This document shows, in pieces, positions 34,442 through 46,794 of a DNA stretch of 64,000 nucleotides. Both the position numbers and the translations under genes were made by a program. The DNA comes from Laetmonice hystrix (Eukaryota). Where the stretch lies: positions 8,742,001 to 8,806,000 of the forward strand of contig OZ249436.1 in the NCBI GenBank assembly GCA_965235115.1. Reading direction: 5' to 3'. Each line of letters begins with the position of its first letter. The first letter of the stretch is position 1. The notes under the pieces were generated by a model. The model saw nothing but the letters and a program-made list of their open reading frames with translations. It had not been told where the DNA came from and did not search any database.

Positions 34442-36099
34442 TACTTATCAATCCCGGTCTGTAGCTCATAATGTTTAGTACAACCCCCCCCCCCCCACCA
34501 CCACCACCACCACCACCAATTTTCCGAAAAATGTGTGAAACTTTCTGGTAAGCTCTGCACATGGAACCAGTCTGTGTTCCCTATAGATTTGCTTTCTGCA
34601 AGGATCGCTTTAACCCGAACCTTTTCAGGTTATTGGCTGGCTGGGTGGTCTTGGATATATCCAGGGGTCGAATAGCATCGTTCGGGTCAAACTTTCTACT
34701 CAGTGGTTGCCCTGTCCATTGCATGATCGATGCAGGCCGTTGAATGAAGCAGAACATCTTGACGATTACGCGTCTCGGATTTGAAGGGAATACCGTGGGG
34801 GGACGTTACTGTTTGCAGGAAGCTTCTAATCGACGACTGATGGCGTCGACCGCCAGTCGCTGCAGGGCCTGGTTTCACCTTCACGAATAGTAGCAGTTGG
34901 TGGGGATATAGCGGCGGCACCGGAGCGTGCCAAGCCCCTTGGATAGGCCGGTAACTGCAGCCTGGAACCCTAGGAATGAATGTCTGCGCCAAGCCGGAGG
35001 GAGTGGCCGCCCAGACATACATCAGGCCGGCCGTCGACAGCCTCGTCGGGTTTCTTGGCCAAGTGTGTGGGTACGTGACCGATGTGGCGGTGTACGGCGT
35101 CAGCAGGCCCGGCCCCGGACGGCTGCCCCGCCCCCGGGGCTTGGTGGCCGGGCTGACTGCTATATGGGCGGGAGGTGGGCGGGAGGCGCACCCTGCTGGG
35201 GCTGTCAGTGCCTTCAAACCAGCACTTTGCCTCGACGCCCGCTCATATTGCACCGTTGATGGCATGGTGATTGTCTCGTAGCAAAGCGAATAGGATAAAA
35301 AGCCACCGCTACGATAGATAAGCATAGTCCTCTCACAATTAAAACGTTGGAGCTTTGGTGAATAACATGTTGTCATCGCAGGAACATCTCAAAGGACTTG
35401 CCCAACGAGACTAGACCTGCTTCTGTCTTTATTGTGTGCGATATTGTTCTGTTACTTCATTGTGGAGTGAATAGGCAGAGACGACAGGCAAAATATCCTG
35501 GGGATTAGTTACAAATGGGATTTAAGTCACCGGAACGTGCTGCAGCAGGACAAAAGTAGGTTGCAGGTTCGCTCAAGAATTAGCCTGCCACAATACCCTT
35601 GTTTCCCAGTACTATATGTACAAGTATACCAGTGAGACTGAATGTCGGCGTACGACCATCGACATGCAGGTGGCTATATGAGCATGGTCCTGGCCTGAAA
35701 CCGAAGTGTGCACAGGAATAGTCATCTATAAACTCTATAAAAGGTGACATGGCCCTGGTTTGCTGTTCAGTAATTAGTAAAGCCATATTCAGAGATTTAA
35801 GAAGATGGTGGTAGGCTCCTATATTACATAAAGCATTACACCACAGATAAAAGGATGCCAAGCAGTGGTATACAATCGTATAGCAGCACACTAGCCGTTA
35901 CGGTAACGCTGTATGACTTCACAGGAGGACCACGTGGGGTGAGATCAGTTACCGCCTGGTGCATGATGTCCGAGCCACTGGCTTCTCTGTACCGGTCACT
36001 TTGGGCTGCCGACCCCAGCGTTACCAACGTACCGGTCACTTTGGGCTGCCGACCCGAGCGTTACCAAAGAACGTATACATGAGTTCTTTGTCGTTACTC

Positions 36100-36535
36100 T
36101 GCCGGCCCTCGGTCGGCCCCGGTCTCCAGCCCGGCCGGGTGGCTGAGACAGGGGTCGGGAGCTGCCGGCCCTCGGTTGGCCCCGGTCTCCAGCCCGGCCG
36201 GGTGGCTGAGACAGGGGTCGGGAGCTGCCGGCCCTCGGTTGGCCCCGGTCTCCAGCCCGGCCGGGTGGCTGAGACAGGGACCGGGAGCTGCCGGCCCTCG
36301 GTCGGCCCCGGTCTCCAGCCCGGCCGGGTGGCTGAGATAGGGACCGGGAGCTGCCGGCCCTCGGTTGGCCCCGGTCTCCAGCCCGGCCGGGTGGCTGAGA
36401 TAGGGACCGGGAGCTGCCGGCCCTCGGTCGGCCCCGGCCCCCAGCCCGGCCGAGTGGCTGAGACAGGGACCGGGAGCTGCCGGCCCTCAGTTGGCCCCGG
36501 CCCCCAGCCCGGCCGGGTGGCTGATACTGAGGCCG
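36100..36535. repeat. GC-rich 63-bp minisatellite, ~7 copies
   Basis: Unit gccggccctcggtcggccccggtctccagcccggccgggtggctgagacaggggtcgggagct; a separate ~40-bp duplication lies just upstream at ~35988-36067. Confidence 0.93.
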
Positions 36536-37449
36536 GGACTGTGGGGCCGGCGGCACGTGGCCGGTGAGTGGGAGACCCCCGGCGGTCGGCTTACAGACCG
36601 GCGGCGGTGGAGCGGGAGGCGGCGGGCGGGTACATACACGTCGTATGGCCGTGGTGGACACCAGACACGCTACACGATAAATGATCACCGTGTCTGAGTG
36701 TGACCGTACAAAGGACACAGACTCCTTGGATTGGCCGTCTGCCAACGTGGGCCTTGTTCTGCTCCCAACGGACGAGCCTTGTGCTGTATATCACCAGAAA
36801 ACGTGTGGAATTGCATACTCTTTTGTGTGATTTATATATCATATGTCTGCATGCGTGTAGGTCTATGTATGCAAAGATCTATAGATATATGTATGTTTAA
36901 TGTGTGTATATAGGAATGCAGGGTACATAATGTTATGACAATGAATGTAGGTATAATTGTACATTATAGGCCCATAGGTCTGTTGCAAATTAAGCATAGG
37001 TAAGTATGTTAGTAATTGGCTGTATTATTGTATAATTGTATAAACAATACTTTACACATGCATTTACGGCCTGGATGTTCCCATGTGCAAGTCTGCGTGA
37101 TCATATGCTATACGTATCCCTAATGAGGGTAGATTTACTGACGTTCATGAAGTAAGAGAGCAAATCTCATGGGTCCGACCAGAGACCAGGGTACAGGTCG
37201 GTGGTCAGACCCACTGCTGCCATGGTCAACGCAAGCAGATCGTCAACCCACGTGTCACCACGGAGGATGCAGTTCATACAGCATGCACTTCACGTATAAT
37301 GTTTGCGGCGGTGATGCCCATTCATAGATTAGCACCAGAATGAAGTATAAAGCCTTCAAGCCACACCGTTAACCAGACGAGGCCGGCACAGAGGTTGGAG
37401 CTGTGTTCATCGTATCGATCTTATCCTGCTATATTGACTACTGCATAGA

Positions 37450-39146
37450 ATTATACGTGAACACAGTCTACGAGAGCTCGAGGAAACCTACTTGTATTCT
37501 TGTCAGTCCCTTGACCATATACGTAAACACAGTCTACTTACTTGTATTCTTGTCAGTCCCTTGACCATTATACGTGAACACAGTCTACGAGAGCTCGAGG
37601 AAACCTACTTGTATTCTTGTCAGTCCCTTGACCATATACGTAAACACAGTCTACTTACTTGTATTCTTGTCAGTCCCTTGACCATATACGTGAACACAGT
37701 CTACATACTTGTATTCTTGTCAGTCCCCTGGCCATTATACGTGAACACAGTCTACGAGAGCTCGAGAAACCTACTTGTATTCTTGTCAGTCCCCTGACCA
37801 TTATACGTGAACACAGTCTACGACAGCTCGAGGAAACCTACTTGTATTCTTGTCAGTCCCTTGATCATATACGTGAACACAGTATACGAGAGCTCGAGGA
37901 AACCTACTTGTATTCTTGTCAGTCCCCTGACCATTATACGTGAACACAGTCTACGACAGCTCGAGGAAACCTACTTGTATTCTTGTCAGTCCCTGACCAT
38001 TATACGTGAACACAGTCTACGACAGCTCGAGGAAACCTACTTGTATTCTTGTCAGTCCCCTGACCATTACACGTGAACACAGTCTACGACAGCTCGAGGA
38101 AACCTACTTGTATTCTTGTCAGTCCCCTGACCATTATACGTGAACACAGTCTACCTATTGTATTCTTGTCAGTCCCCTGACCATTACACGTGAACACAGT
38201 CTACGACAGCTCGAGGAAACCTACTTGTATTCTTGTCAGTCCCTGACCATTATACGTGAACACAGTCTACCTATTGTATTCTTGTCAGTCCCCTGACCAT
38301 TACACGTGAACACAGTCTACGACAGCTCGAGGAAACCTATTGTATTCTTGTCAGTCCCTTGACCATATACGTGAGCACAGTCTACCTACTTGTATTCTTG
38401 TCAGTCCCTGACCATTACACGTGAACACAGTCTACGACAGTTCGAGGAAACCTACTTATATTCTTGTCAGTCCCCTGACCATTATACGTGAACACAGTCT
38501 ACCTATTGTATTCTTGTCAGTCCCCTGACCATTATACGTGAACACAGTCTACGACAGCTCGAGGAAACCTACTTGTATTCTTGTCAGTCCCCTGACCATT
38601 ATACGTGAACACAGTCTACCTATTGTATTCTTGTCAGTCCCCTGACCATTACACGTGAACACAGTCTACGACAGCTCGAGGAAACCTACTTGTATTCTTG
38701 TCAGTCCCCTGACCATTATACGTGAACACAGTCTACCTACTTGTATTCTTGTCAGTCCATTGACCATTATACGTGAACACAGTCTACGACAGCTCGAGGA
38801 AACCTACTTGTATTCTTGTCAGTCCCTTGACCATATACGTAAACACAGTCTACTTACTTGTATTCTTGTCAGTCCCTTGACCATATACGTGAACACAGTC
38901 TACATACTTGTATTCTTGTCAGTCCCTGACCATTATACGTGAGCACAGTCTACCTACTTGTATTCTTGTCAGTCCCCTGACCATATAGGTGAACACAGTC
39001 TACGACAGCTCGATGAAACCTACTTGTATTCTTGTCAGTCCCTTGACCATTATACGTGAACACAGTCTATACCTACTTGTATTCTTGTCAGTCCCCTGAC
39101 CATTATACGTGAACACAGTTTACGACAGCTCGAGGCAACCTACTTA
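37450..39146. repeat. Compound 67-bp/~51-bp minisatellite (~29 units); orphan unit at 39814-39880
   Basis: Core cttgtattcttgtcagtcccctgaccattatacgtgaacacagtctac with or without gacagctcgaggaaac. Confidence 0.95.
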
Positions 39147-39813
39147 CAGGGTTGCAAGTTTTCCATTAAATAATGGAAATCCATAACTTTCAGAAAAAGC
39201 AAAAAAATCCACGTTTTCCCCCAAAAATTTATGCTTATTGCCCATTTTGTCCATTATTTATGTACATATGTATTTCGTCTAAAACCTTTTCAATATTACA
39301 TCTATACCCTCAATTTATTGATATAGTATCTAATACAAATGAAATCAGCATAATATGTATTATTGGATTCCATTTGTGGCCTATAATGCCCCTCTTCCTT
39401 CTTATTTTCCAAGCAGTGAAGACTTCCATTAAAAAGCTGGCTTTGGGCTCACTACTTCCATTAGAAATCCATTAATGGAAGAAGTGAATATAGGAGCAAT
39501 CCTGATTGGTTAATAATGTGTAAGCAACATTTGTAGAGCAATGGGATGTTGTAAGTTTACTTAATTTAAAAAATACTAGTATGATCTACTTAAATACTTT
39601 TGTGGGTAAAATACGTTTAATATTATATCTGGTGTAAAAATAATAATTAATCACTGAGAATATCCCATTCTCTGCTGAGCACTCAAGGAAGCTGGCTCAG
39701 CGCCATGTTTGTTTACTACTGCTAAGGACACGCACATGCTCTGCCAGTATCACGGACATTTACTGATTTAAAATATTTTCCATTAATTTCATGCAGACTA
39801 ACTTGCAACCCTG
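39147..39813. mobile_element. Non-autonomous DNA transposon (667 bp), hAT-like termini, apparent 6-bp TSD
   Basis: TIR cagggttgcaagtt (39147-39160)/aacttgcaaccctg (39800-39813); tactta on both sides; host minisatellite resumes after it; repeated subterminal ttccatt motifs. Confidence 0.85.
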
Positions 39814-40324
39814 TACTTATATTCTTGTCAGTCCCCTGACCATTATACGTGAACATAGTCTATGGCAGCCCCTGACCATTTTACAGATTTGTCTTTTTTC
39901 CAACTGCTTCGTTGTCTCGTGGGAAACCAGAGATACCAAAAAGGGGATGAGACTTGCCACCAATGCTTGGACCATAAAGCAATAGTAATACCATGTTTTG
40001 TGAACACAAAACTTTACTAGCTGATTATCATGGAAGGCTCTGTCTCGTCCCACGGCGTGCACACCTCAAGACGGTGTGTCGGGTGGGGGGAGACAGGCAG
40101 ACATGGTCTCGACATGTTTATGCTCCTTTGGCTTTAGGGAATGAATCCACCTTAATTGAATAGCTCTAGGTTACATCCAAATCTTTAAAGATTCTAGCAA
40201 TTGTAATTCTTAGATCCTTTTAACAGACTATAAGCCTATTTAAATTGAAATGAAAAGAAAAGATGTCAGCGTATTTTGATGCCATTGTAAGCGGTCGCAG
40301 GCGTCGTGTCAACGGTGTAGCTGG

Positions 40325-40619
40325 GCCGGTGTCATATGGAAAATGGTAACCATAGAATCTGTACCGAGGGTCCAATTTCTATTATAGAATATGGACCCCC
40401 CGGTCCATATTCTATAATAGAAATTAATAGAAATTTGGTGTCAGACCCCCCGGTCCATATTCTATAAAAGAAATAATAGAAATTTTGTGTCAGAAAGTTG
40501 GGAAATGTGGCGAAAACGAAGGGGGTACATTTCCTATAGGGGGGGTCCAAATTCTATTATAGAATTCGAACCGGGGGTCCAAATTCCATGGGGGGGACCA
40601 ATATCGATCTCACACCGGC
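40325..40619. mobile_element. Foldback/MITE-like element
   Basis: Short TIR gccggtgt/acaccggc; internal perfect 24-bp inverted repeat 40374-40425; recurring ggtcca(t/a)attctat motifs; no TSD found. Confidence 0.5.
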
Positions 40620-41170
40620 AAGCAGACAGCGGATCCACCTGGCCAGGCCTGCAGCGCGTCTTTAAGAACATGTATCAGATTACAGCGAGAGCTGCACATG
40701 TTATAACAACCATGAATGTCCGCATGTAGACCTGACTTGACATACTTTATAGTCTCACTGATTCCCCTGCTGGCGTGAGGTCACAGATTGTCCTGATAAT
40801 TTTAATGACGGTGATGGGAGCGGTGCACAATTAACGGGCTTCGTGACCATAAATACCAAACCGAAGTTTCCAAAGGTTGCGTCAGGGGAAAGTCTGGGAG
40901 GATGAGATAATATTTTGACGTGATCTGAGATGATATGTATGGGTTGTTTGACGCCGGACACTTGGTGGCCAGGTCGGGTTGAGAGCACCATGGGGCCCTG
41001 GCCCGGAGATCCTCTCCGCGTACGGTGCCATGAAAGACCATGCTGATAGATTACTGTCAAGGTTGACACGTCGTTACGGATGTCGACTTTCAGGATACCC
41101 CGGCCGATAGGGATCACGATACACAACACAATGTAGGTTACAACCACGCCTTGCTCTGTGTACTCATCAA

Positions 41171-41701
41171 ATGATACATAACATGCGGCATGGTACTTCT
41201 CCAATAATCTAATGATACATAACATGCGGCATGGTACTTCTCCAATAATCTAATGGTACATAACATGCGGCATGGTACTTCTCCAATAATCTAATGATAC
41301 ATAACATGCGGCATGGTACTTCTCCAATAATCTAATGGTACATAACATGCGGCATGGTACTTCTCCAATAATCTAATGATACATAACATGCGGCATGGTA
41401 CTTCTCCAATAATCTAATGATACATAACATGCGGCATGGTACTTCTCCAATAATCTAATGATACATAACATGCGGCATGGTACTTCTCCAATAATATAAT
41501 GATACATAACATGCGGCATGGTACTTCTCCAATAATCTAATGATACATAACATACGGCATGGTACTTCTCCAATAATCTAAAGATACATAACATGCGGCA
41601 TGGTACTTCTCCAATAATCTAATGATACATAACATGCGGCATGGTACTTCTCCAATAATCTAATGATACATAACATGCGGCATGGTACTTCTCCAATAAT
41701 C
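41171..41701. repeat. 41-bp minisatellite, ~13 copies
   Basis: Unit atgatacataacatgcggcatggtacttctccaataatcta. Confidence 0.95.
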
Positions 41702-42559
41702 TTCATGGACAAGTTTATAAAAAAAAAGATTGATTATAACGTGGAGTGAGGGGTGACCCCAGCGGCCAGGTTTCTGATTGGCTGATCTTATATAGCGGGC
41801 CGGCCAATGAGAAACGTTAAGCTTAAGCAAGAATTGAACTTATGAAAAACCGGTGGCTGTCGTTGTTCGCATGTTTAGCCTAGGGTGTCGGTGATCATCA
41901 CAGTTTTGTGACTGCCCACAATTTGGATCGGCACAGTTGGCCTTTCAAACACACATAGAGGTCCCTCTGTGAGAACAAACAGGGCCCTCAGCCCTGTTCT
42001 TCAACAGTGGGCCTACATACAACATGATTGGAGCATACTTGTAAATAATGAGTGACCGTACCTAGAAATACCTGCACATGGAAGGTGGTTTGACTGCCCG
42101 GCCATACGGGCTCTGACCTGGCATGCAAGCTAAACATCTCGACTCAACCAGTGGCGAAGCATGGGAAAGTTTGCATGACTGGGTCCCATTTGGTGAATAG
42201 ATTACATGATATATAAAGACGGATCTACTTGAGACAAATTTCAGCCGGGAAGAGTGGTATTGATGACGTAACCAACGTGTATATCAAGACTCAGTCACTG
42301 ACATACACAGCTCTGTCGTCCGGGTGTCATGACAATGGTGAAGTAATGTTGCTGTGTCCTGAAAGTGGTACGGTATTGTTTGGGTGTAACGTTAATGGTA
42401 ACTTTTTGTACAGTGCCACGACTATAGAAGAGTAGTCAATACAATGTCACTCCTCTTTAAAACAACAAGGTTTTGGTCCGTAATGATTACATCACATTTC
42501 GTAAGGCTTGCAGTCACTAGTAATTGAAAGAAAACATTGGGTGAACAACTGGAACACTC

Positions 42560-42774
42560 GGATATACCATGGAACTATAGCGCTATAGTTCCATGGATAT
42601 ACTGATAAACCATGGAACTATAGCGCTATAGTTCCATGGATATACGGATATACCATGGAACTATAGCGCTATAGTTCTATGGATATACGGATAAACCATG
42701 GAACTATAGCGCTATAGTTCCATGGATATACGGATATACCATGGAACTATAGCGCTATAGTTCCATGGATATAC
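42560..42774. repeat. 43-bp tandem array built on a perfect 30-bp palindrome, 5 copies
   Basis: ccatggaactatagcgctatagttccatgg at 42567, 42610, 42653 (one mismatch), 42696, 42739. Confidence 0.95.
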
Positions 42775-42797
42775 TAAGTTGTAAAATGATGAGGGAA

Positions 42798-43590
42798 CAA
42801 GGCATGGTATGATCATGAAGATGGAAGTTTAATCAGCAGTTTTCACCATATCAGATTCTGTAGAGGAAGTTGAAGATTATGCCTGTGTATCGAATGGTTG
42901 TAGTCGGGTTGTAACAGACAGACTATAGGCATCTACATTATAAGACAAGGCATGATCATGAAGACAGAAGTTTAATTAGCAGTTTTCACCGTATCAGATT
43001 CTGTGGAGGAATTTGAATGCCTGTGTATCGAATGGTTGTAGTCAGGTTGTAAGGCCAAAAAAAAAAGTTTCGTTTCTTGTCCTTTCATATAAAAAAAATG
43101 GTGCGGTGACGCGGCTTTTTTTTTTTCATCTTTCTTTTTTTTTTTTTGGATGCAACTAGACAACGGCCGATTCTTCGAATGCAATTGCTGTTGGGTACAT
43201 AAATCTTGAAGAAAAGACTAATGCAATGATGTTCAATGTTTTAGAATGTGTAAAACTCGCATAAAAAGCAATAAGACTAACAGAAAGGCGCCAACGCCAA
43301 AGAACCGTTGCAACGTTCTGTCCCAGCGCTACACTGCCCACCATATGAAGCAGTCGGATTTGAAAAAAAAGACTTGACGCGGGGGTTTTTAGGTGACGCG
43401 CGCGGGGACAAGAAACGAATCTATTTTTTTTTTTTTGCCTAACAGACAGACTATAGGCATCTCCATTATAAGGCAAGGTATGATCATGAAGACAGAAGTT
43501 TAATCAGCAGTTTTCACCATATCAGATTCTATGGAGGAATTTGAATGCCTGTGTATCGAATGGTTGTAGTCGGGTTGCAACAGACAGACT
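42798..43590. repeat. ~140-bp tandem repeat (~3 diverged copies) interrupted by a MITE
   Basis: gatcatgaaga...ttttcaccatatcagattct...tgcctgtgtatcgaatggttgtagtc at ~42811, 42954, 43482. Confidence 0.85.
43053..43439. mobile_element. PIF/Harbinger-type MITE (387 bp)
   Basis: Imperfect TIR ggccaaaaaaaaaagtttcgtttcttgtcc / ggacaagaaacgaatctattttttttttttgcc; TAA duplicated (43050-43052, 43440-43442). The uninterrupted repeat copy reads gttgTAAcagac. Confidence 0.8.
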
Positions 43591-43878
43591 AGGATCTCAA
43601 TTATAGGTAGAGCCGAGTTGGATTAACTTGGGTTACTTTAGATTGATTACTTCTCTCTTGCCATCTTTCATGTTGGCAGGGACGCTAAGTACTAAATCAA
43701 ACGTTACTGTTCAATTGATATTTAAATTCGCGGATCGAAAATATCCCGAGTTCTCAAGACGCCAGGATGAATGTCCTCGACGTTGCGCCATGTTCGGTAC
43801 ATGGTAACGTTGAAGTCAAACGATGGGTGCTGCGGGCATGGGAGTTACGCAATCGTTTCAGCTATAAATAGTGCTCGT

Positions 43879-43895
43879 ATCGCCCCCTGGTGTCC
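43879..43895 (-). promoter_or_regulatory. CTCF-like motif
   Basis: Minus strand ACACCAGGGGGCGA, 12/14 match to CCASYAGRKGGCRS; motif match only. Confidence 0.25.
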
Positions 43896-43984
43896 ACTTG
43901 AGGAACTCCGAGTGTTACCTAAGGAGATATACGGCGGTTATTAAACTGAAATCCCGTTCGTGGCGTCATCCCCCACTAAGGGCG

Positions 43985-44670
43985 GTGGCGTACAGTGAGA
44001 ACATTAACGGGCAGACCCTAGTGTGGATCCCGTTCATGGCGTCCTCCCCCGCCAAGTGGCGTACAGTGAGAACATTAACGGGCAGACCCTAGTGTGGATC
44101 CCGTACATGGCGTCCTCCCCCGCCAAGTGGCGTACAGTGAGAACATTAACGGGCAGACCCTAGTGTGGATCCCGTTCGTACCGTCCTCCCCCGCCAAGTG
44201 GCGTACAGTGAGAACATTAACGGGCAGACCCTAGTGTGGATCCCGTTCATGGCGTCCTCCCCCGCCAAGTGGCGTACAGTGAGAACATTAACGGGCAGAC
44301 CCTAGTGTGGATCCCGTTCTTGGCGTCCTCCCCCGCCAAGTGGCGTACAGTGAGAACATTAACGGGCAGACCCTAGTGTGGATCCCGTTCATGGCGTCCT
44401 CCCCCGCCAAGTGGCGTACAGTAAGAACATTAACGGGCAGACCCTAGTGTGGATCCCGTTCGTACCGTCCTCCCCCCGCCAAGTGGCGTACAGTGAGAAC
44501 ACGGGCAGACCCTAGTGTGGATCCCGTTCATGGCGTCCTCCCCCGCCAAGTGGCGTACAGTGAGAACATTAACGGGCAGACCCTAGTGTGGATCCCGTTC
44601 ATGGCGTCCTCCCCCGCCAAGTGGCGTACAGTGAGAACATTAACGGGCAGACCCTAGTGTGGATCCCGTT
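43985..44670. repeat. 71-bp minisatellite, ~9.5 copies
   Basis: Unit gtggcgtacagtgagaacattaacgggcagaccctagtgtggatcccgttcatggcgtcctcccccgccaa. Confidence 0.95.
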
Positions 44671-44892
44671 TGTGCCGAGGAAGCCGGTCGGCAAGTTATG
44701 TAAAAGTCAGGTGCCCAGTAATACAGGGCCTAAATTATAGGCCTACATGTTGTAGGCCCCCTTTTTTAGGAATAAGAAATTGATGTTAGTCCTCCATACA
44801 TGATACTCTATCGGATATATATACGGGAGGTGTTTTCTTGTAAGATCTGAGTGTTTGAGTAAGATCAAGGGCGTCCACCCTCCTCCATAGAG

Positions 44893-46305
44893 CAGTGTTA
44901 CTGGAGAGAGTGAGAGCTACATATACCAACGTAACTCTCAGGGCCTATAGTAGTGTTGTTAGTGGAGAGAGTGAGAGCTACAGATACCAACGTAACTCTC
45001 AGGGCCTATAGTAGTGTTGTTAGTGGACAGAGTGAGAGCTACAGATACCAACCTAACTCTCAGGGCCTATAGTAGTGTTGTTAGTGGAGAGAGTGAGAGC
45101 TACAGATACCAACCTAACTCTCAGGGCCTATAGTAGTGTTGTTAGTGGAGAGAGTGAGAGCTACAGATACCAACGTAACTCTCAGGGCCTATAGTAGTGT
45201 TGTTACTGGAGAGAGTGAGAGCTACAGATACCAACGTAACTCTCAGGGCCTATAGTAGGGCTGTTACTGGCGAGAGTGAGAGCTACAGATACCAACGTAA
45301 CTCTCAGGGCCTATAGTAGTGTTGTTAGTGGAGAGAGTGAGAGCTACAGATACCAACCTAACTCTCAGGGCCTATAGTAGGGCTGTTACTGGCGAGAGTG
45401 AGAGCTACAGATACCAACGTAACTCTCAGGGCCTATAGTAGTGTTGTTAGTGGAGAGAGTGAGAGCTACAGATACCAACCTAACTCTCAGGGCCTATAGT
45501 AGTGTTGTTAGTGGAGAGAGTGAGAGCTACAGATACACGAACCTAACTCTCAGGGCCTAAAGTAGTGTTGTTAGTGGAGAGAGTGAGAGCTACAGATACC
45601 AACCTAACTCTCAGGGCCTATAGTAGTGTTGTTAGTGGAGAGAGTGAGAGCTACAGATACACCAACCTAACTCTCAGGGCCTACAGTAGTGTTGTTAGTG
45701 GAGAGAGTGAGAGCTACAGATACCAACCTAACTCTCAGGGCCTATAGTAGTGTTGTTAGTGGAGAGAGTGAGAGCTACAGATACCAACCTAACTCTCAGG
45801 GCCTATAGTAGTGTTGTTAGTGGAGAGAGTGAGAGCTACAGATACCAACCTAACTCTCAGGGCCTATAGTAGTGTTGTTAGTGGAGAGAGTGAGAGCTAC
45901 AGATACCAACCTAACTCTCAGGGCCTATAGTAGTGTTGTTAGTGGAGAGAGTGAGAGCTACAGATACCAACCTAACTCTCAGGGCCTATAGTAGTGTTGT
46001 TACTGGAGAGAGTGAGAGCTACAGATACCAACGTAACTCTCATGGCCTATAGTAGGGCTGTTAGTGGAGAGAGTGAGAGCTACAGATACCAATCTAACTC
46101 TCAGGGCCTATAGTAGTGTTGTTAGTGGAGAGAGTGAGAGCTACAGATACCAACCTAACTCTCAGGGCCTATAGTAGTGTTGTTAGTGGAGAGAGTGAGA
46201 GCTACAGATACCAACCTAACTCTCAGGGCCTATAGTAGGGCTGTTAGTGGAGAGAGTGAGAGCTACAGATACCAACCTAACTCTCAGGGCCTATAGTAGT
46301 GTTGT
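44893..46305. repeat. 61-bp minisatellite, ~23 copies
   Basis: Unit gagagtgagagctacagataccaacctaactctcagggcctatagtagtgttgttagtgga. Confidence 0.95.
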
Positions 46306-46794
46306 ATAGGATGAACCTCCCAGTTGTTAATGACGTTGTATGTCAATGCGACGACGATAAAGAGAATGTAATAAACTTAGAGCGTACCGTATTCGGTTAC
46401 CAATTCGCCGGCGGCCATTAGCTTTGGCTAGTAAGGGGGAGGCGTAGCGGTGGGCTGAGGGGTCTTTAGTCCACCCACTTTCAGAGTGGGAGGTGAGCTT
46501 ATCCTTTACACATGTTAAAGTTATTGGTAAGCGTTCGAATTTTATCTAACAAAAAATGATAATAAAAGAACAAAAACAGTGTCACGCAAAATCTAATGAA
46601 AACTCGGTATATAGGGTAGATGTGTGAAGATTTGGAGCTCGCCACCACCAGGGTCTCGTCATGTCTGTTCAATCTGGCCATGCCAGTAAACGCTGAACGT
46701 GTGGTCATGGAGTCCGTTTAGTGCTGATTCACTCAGCGACCCTGAAGGTTTCTCCAGAGTTTCTCCTGACTAGAGAGTGCGGTATGACTGGTGG

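Noticed and set aside
36985-37000. Possible recursive splice site AG|GTAAGT in the 43-kb intron
   Set aside because: No upstream polypyrimidine tract.
37170-37285. Minus-strand TWVDDLLAL, resembling an RT xxDD motif
   Set aside because: Frame is only about 40 codons with no other RT motifs.
42560-42774. CRISPR-like appearance (palindromic repeats with spacers)
   Set aside because: Linkers are only 13 nt and nearly identical, there are no cas genes, and the context is a eukaryotic intron.
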